Source: Cyanophora paradoxa CCMP329
Lineage: Eukaryota > Plantae > Glaucophyta
Length of the DNA stretch: 64,000 bases
Direction: 5' to 3'
NCBI GenBank assembly: GCA_004431415.1
Contig: QPMI01000578.1
Location: 40,054 to 104,053 of the forward strand
Part shown: one piece after another, positions 63,650 to 64,000 of the stretch
Position numbering within the stretch: the stretch's first letter is position 1
Layout: each line of letters starts with the position of its first letter
Made by a program: the position numbers and the translations under genes
Notes under the pieces: generated by a model
Told to the model about the DNA's origin: nothing
The model's database searches: none
The model's input: only the letters and a program-made list of their open reading frames with translations

Positions 63650-63886
63650 TTACACGATAATAATGCATTTCGAGAGGGACTGCATCTCTAAGATACGATT
63701 TTTTATCGTCTTGATCTCATTGTCGACATTATCGCTCTGTGCTTTGATCAGAGCGTTCTTCTGGCGCACATGATCGAGAAGTGACGCAAGCGCTGTTTCA
63801 AGAACGTCGAAGGACGTCGCTTGCAATTGCTGGTTGAGTGTTCCTAGGGCACGCGTTGCGTCGTAGTTGACATCGGTTTTGAGCAC
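63650..63886 (-). CDS. Hypothetical coiled-coil exon/ORF, gene likely continues beyond window
   Basis: Protein-like helical ORF ..LLDHVRQKNALIKAQSDNVDNEIKTIKNRILEM. Confidence 0.25.
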   Translation of the reverse strand: MLKTDVNYDATRALGTLNQQLQATSFDVLETALASLLDHVRQKNALIKAQSDNVDNEIKTIKNRILEMQSLSKCIIIV

Positions 63887-64000
63887 CAGAAATCATGAGT
63901 GCCATCTGCGCACAGGAAGCTCATTTATGGCACCACAAATCTGGAAACTGCAAAAAGAACGTCTGCGAAAGAGAGGTGCAGACGAACCTTCTTATTAAGC

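Overview
Intron-rich eukaryotic nuclear DNA: short 50-250 nt introns, many with GC-AG ends. One protein has a Phe-type plastid transit peptide, which suggests an alga with a primary plastid such as a glaucophyte (not verifiable here). The ORF track is mostly noise because real genes are spliced, so exons were reconstructed by hand. Left part (1-27.8 kb, very GC-rich): the 3' part of a large beta-helix/Cys-rich/multi-TM membrane protein gene (+), two paralogous bZIP-like genes (-), and an intron-containing, bacterial-type radical SAM gene with a probable plastid transit peptide (-). After a 33-nt poly-C run the GC content drops. A ~19 kb fibrocystin/PKHD1L1-like gene (-) follows (PA14, IPT/TIG, two G8, beta-helix), fused to a CAP/PR-1 domain, an (SP)n stalk and a TM helix; its 5' end appears to be missing. 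The last 16 kb (48-64 kb) is the most interesting. It holds a locally amplified family of seven small spliced genes sharing one ~110-aa domain. Six start with histone H3 N-terminal-tail mimics, and one is an in-register H3(1-21) copy with K9 replaced by M. They are interleaved with a repeated ~400-bp divergent-promoter-like element, partner genes and a degenerate Ulp1/SENP protease. This could be a transposon- or virus-borne chromatin anti-silencing system (inference). Many single-base indels at homopolymers suggest long-read errors, so pseudogene calls are uncertain.
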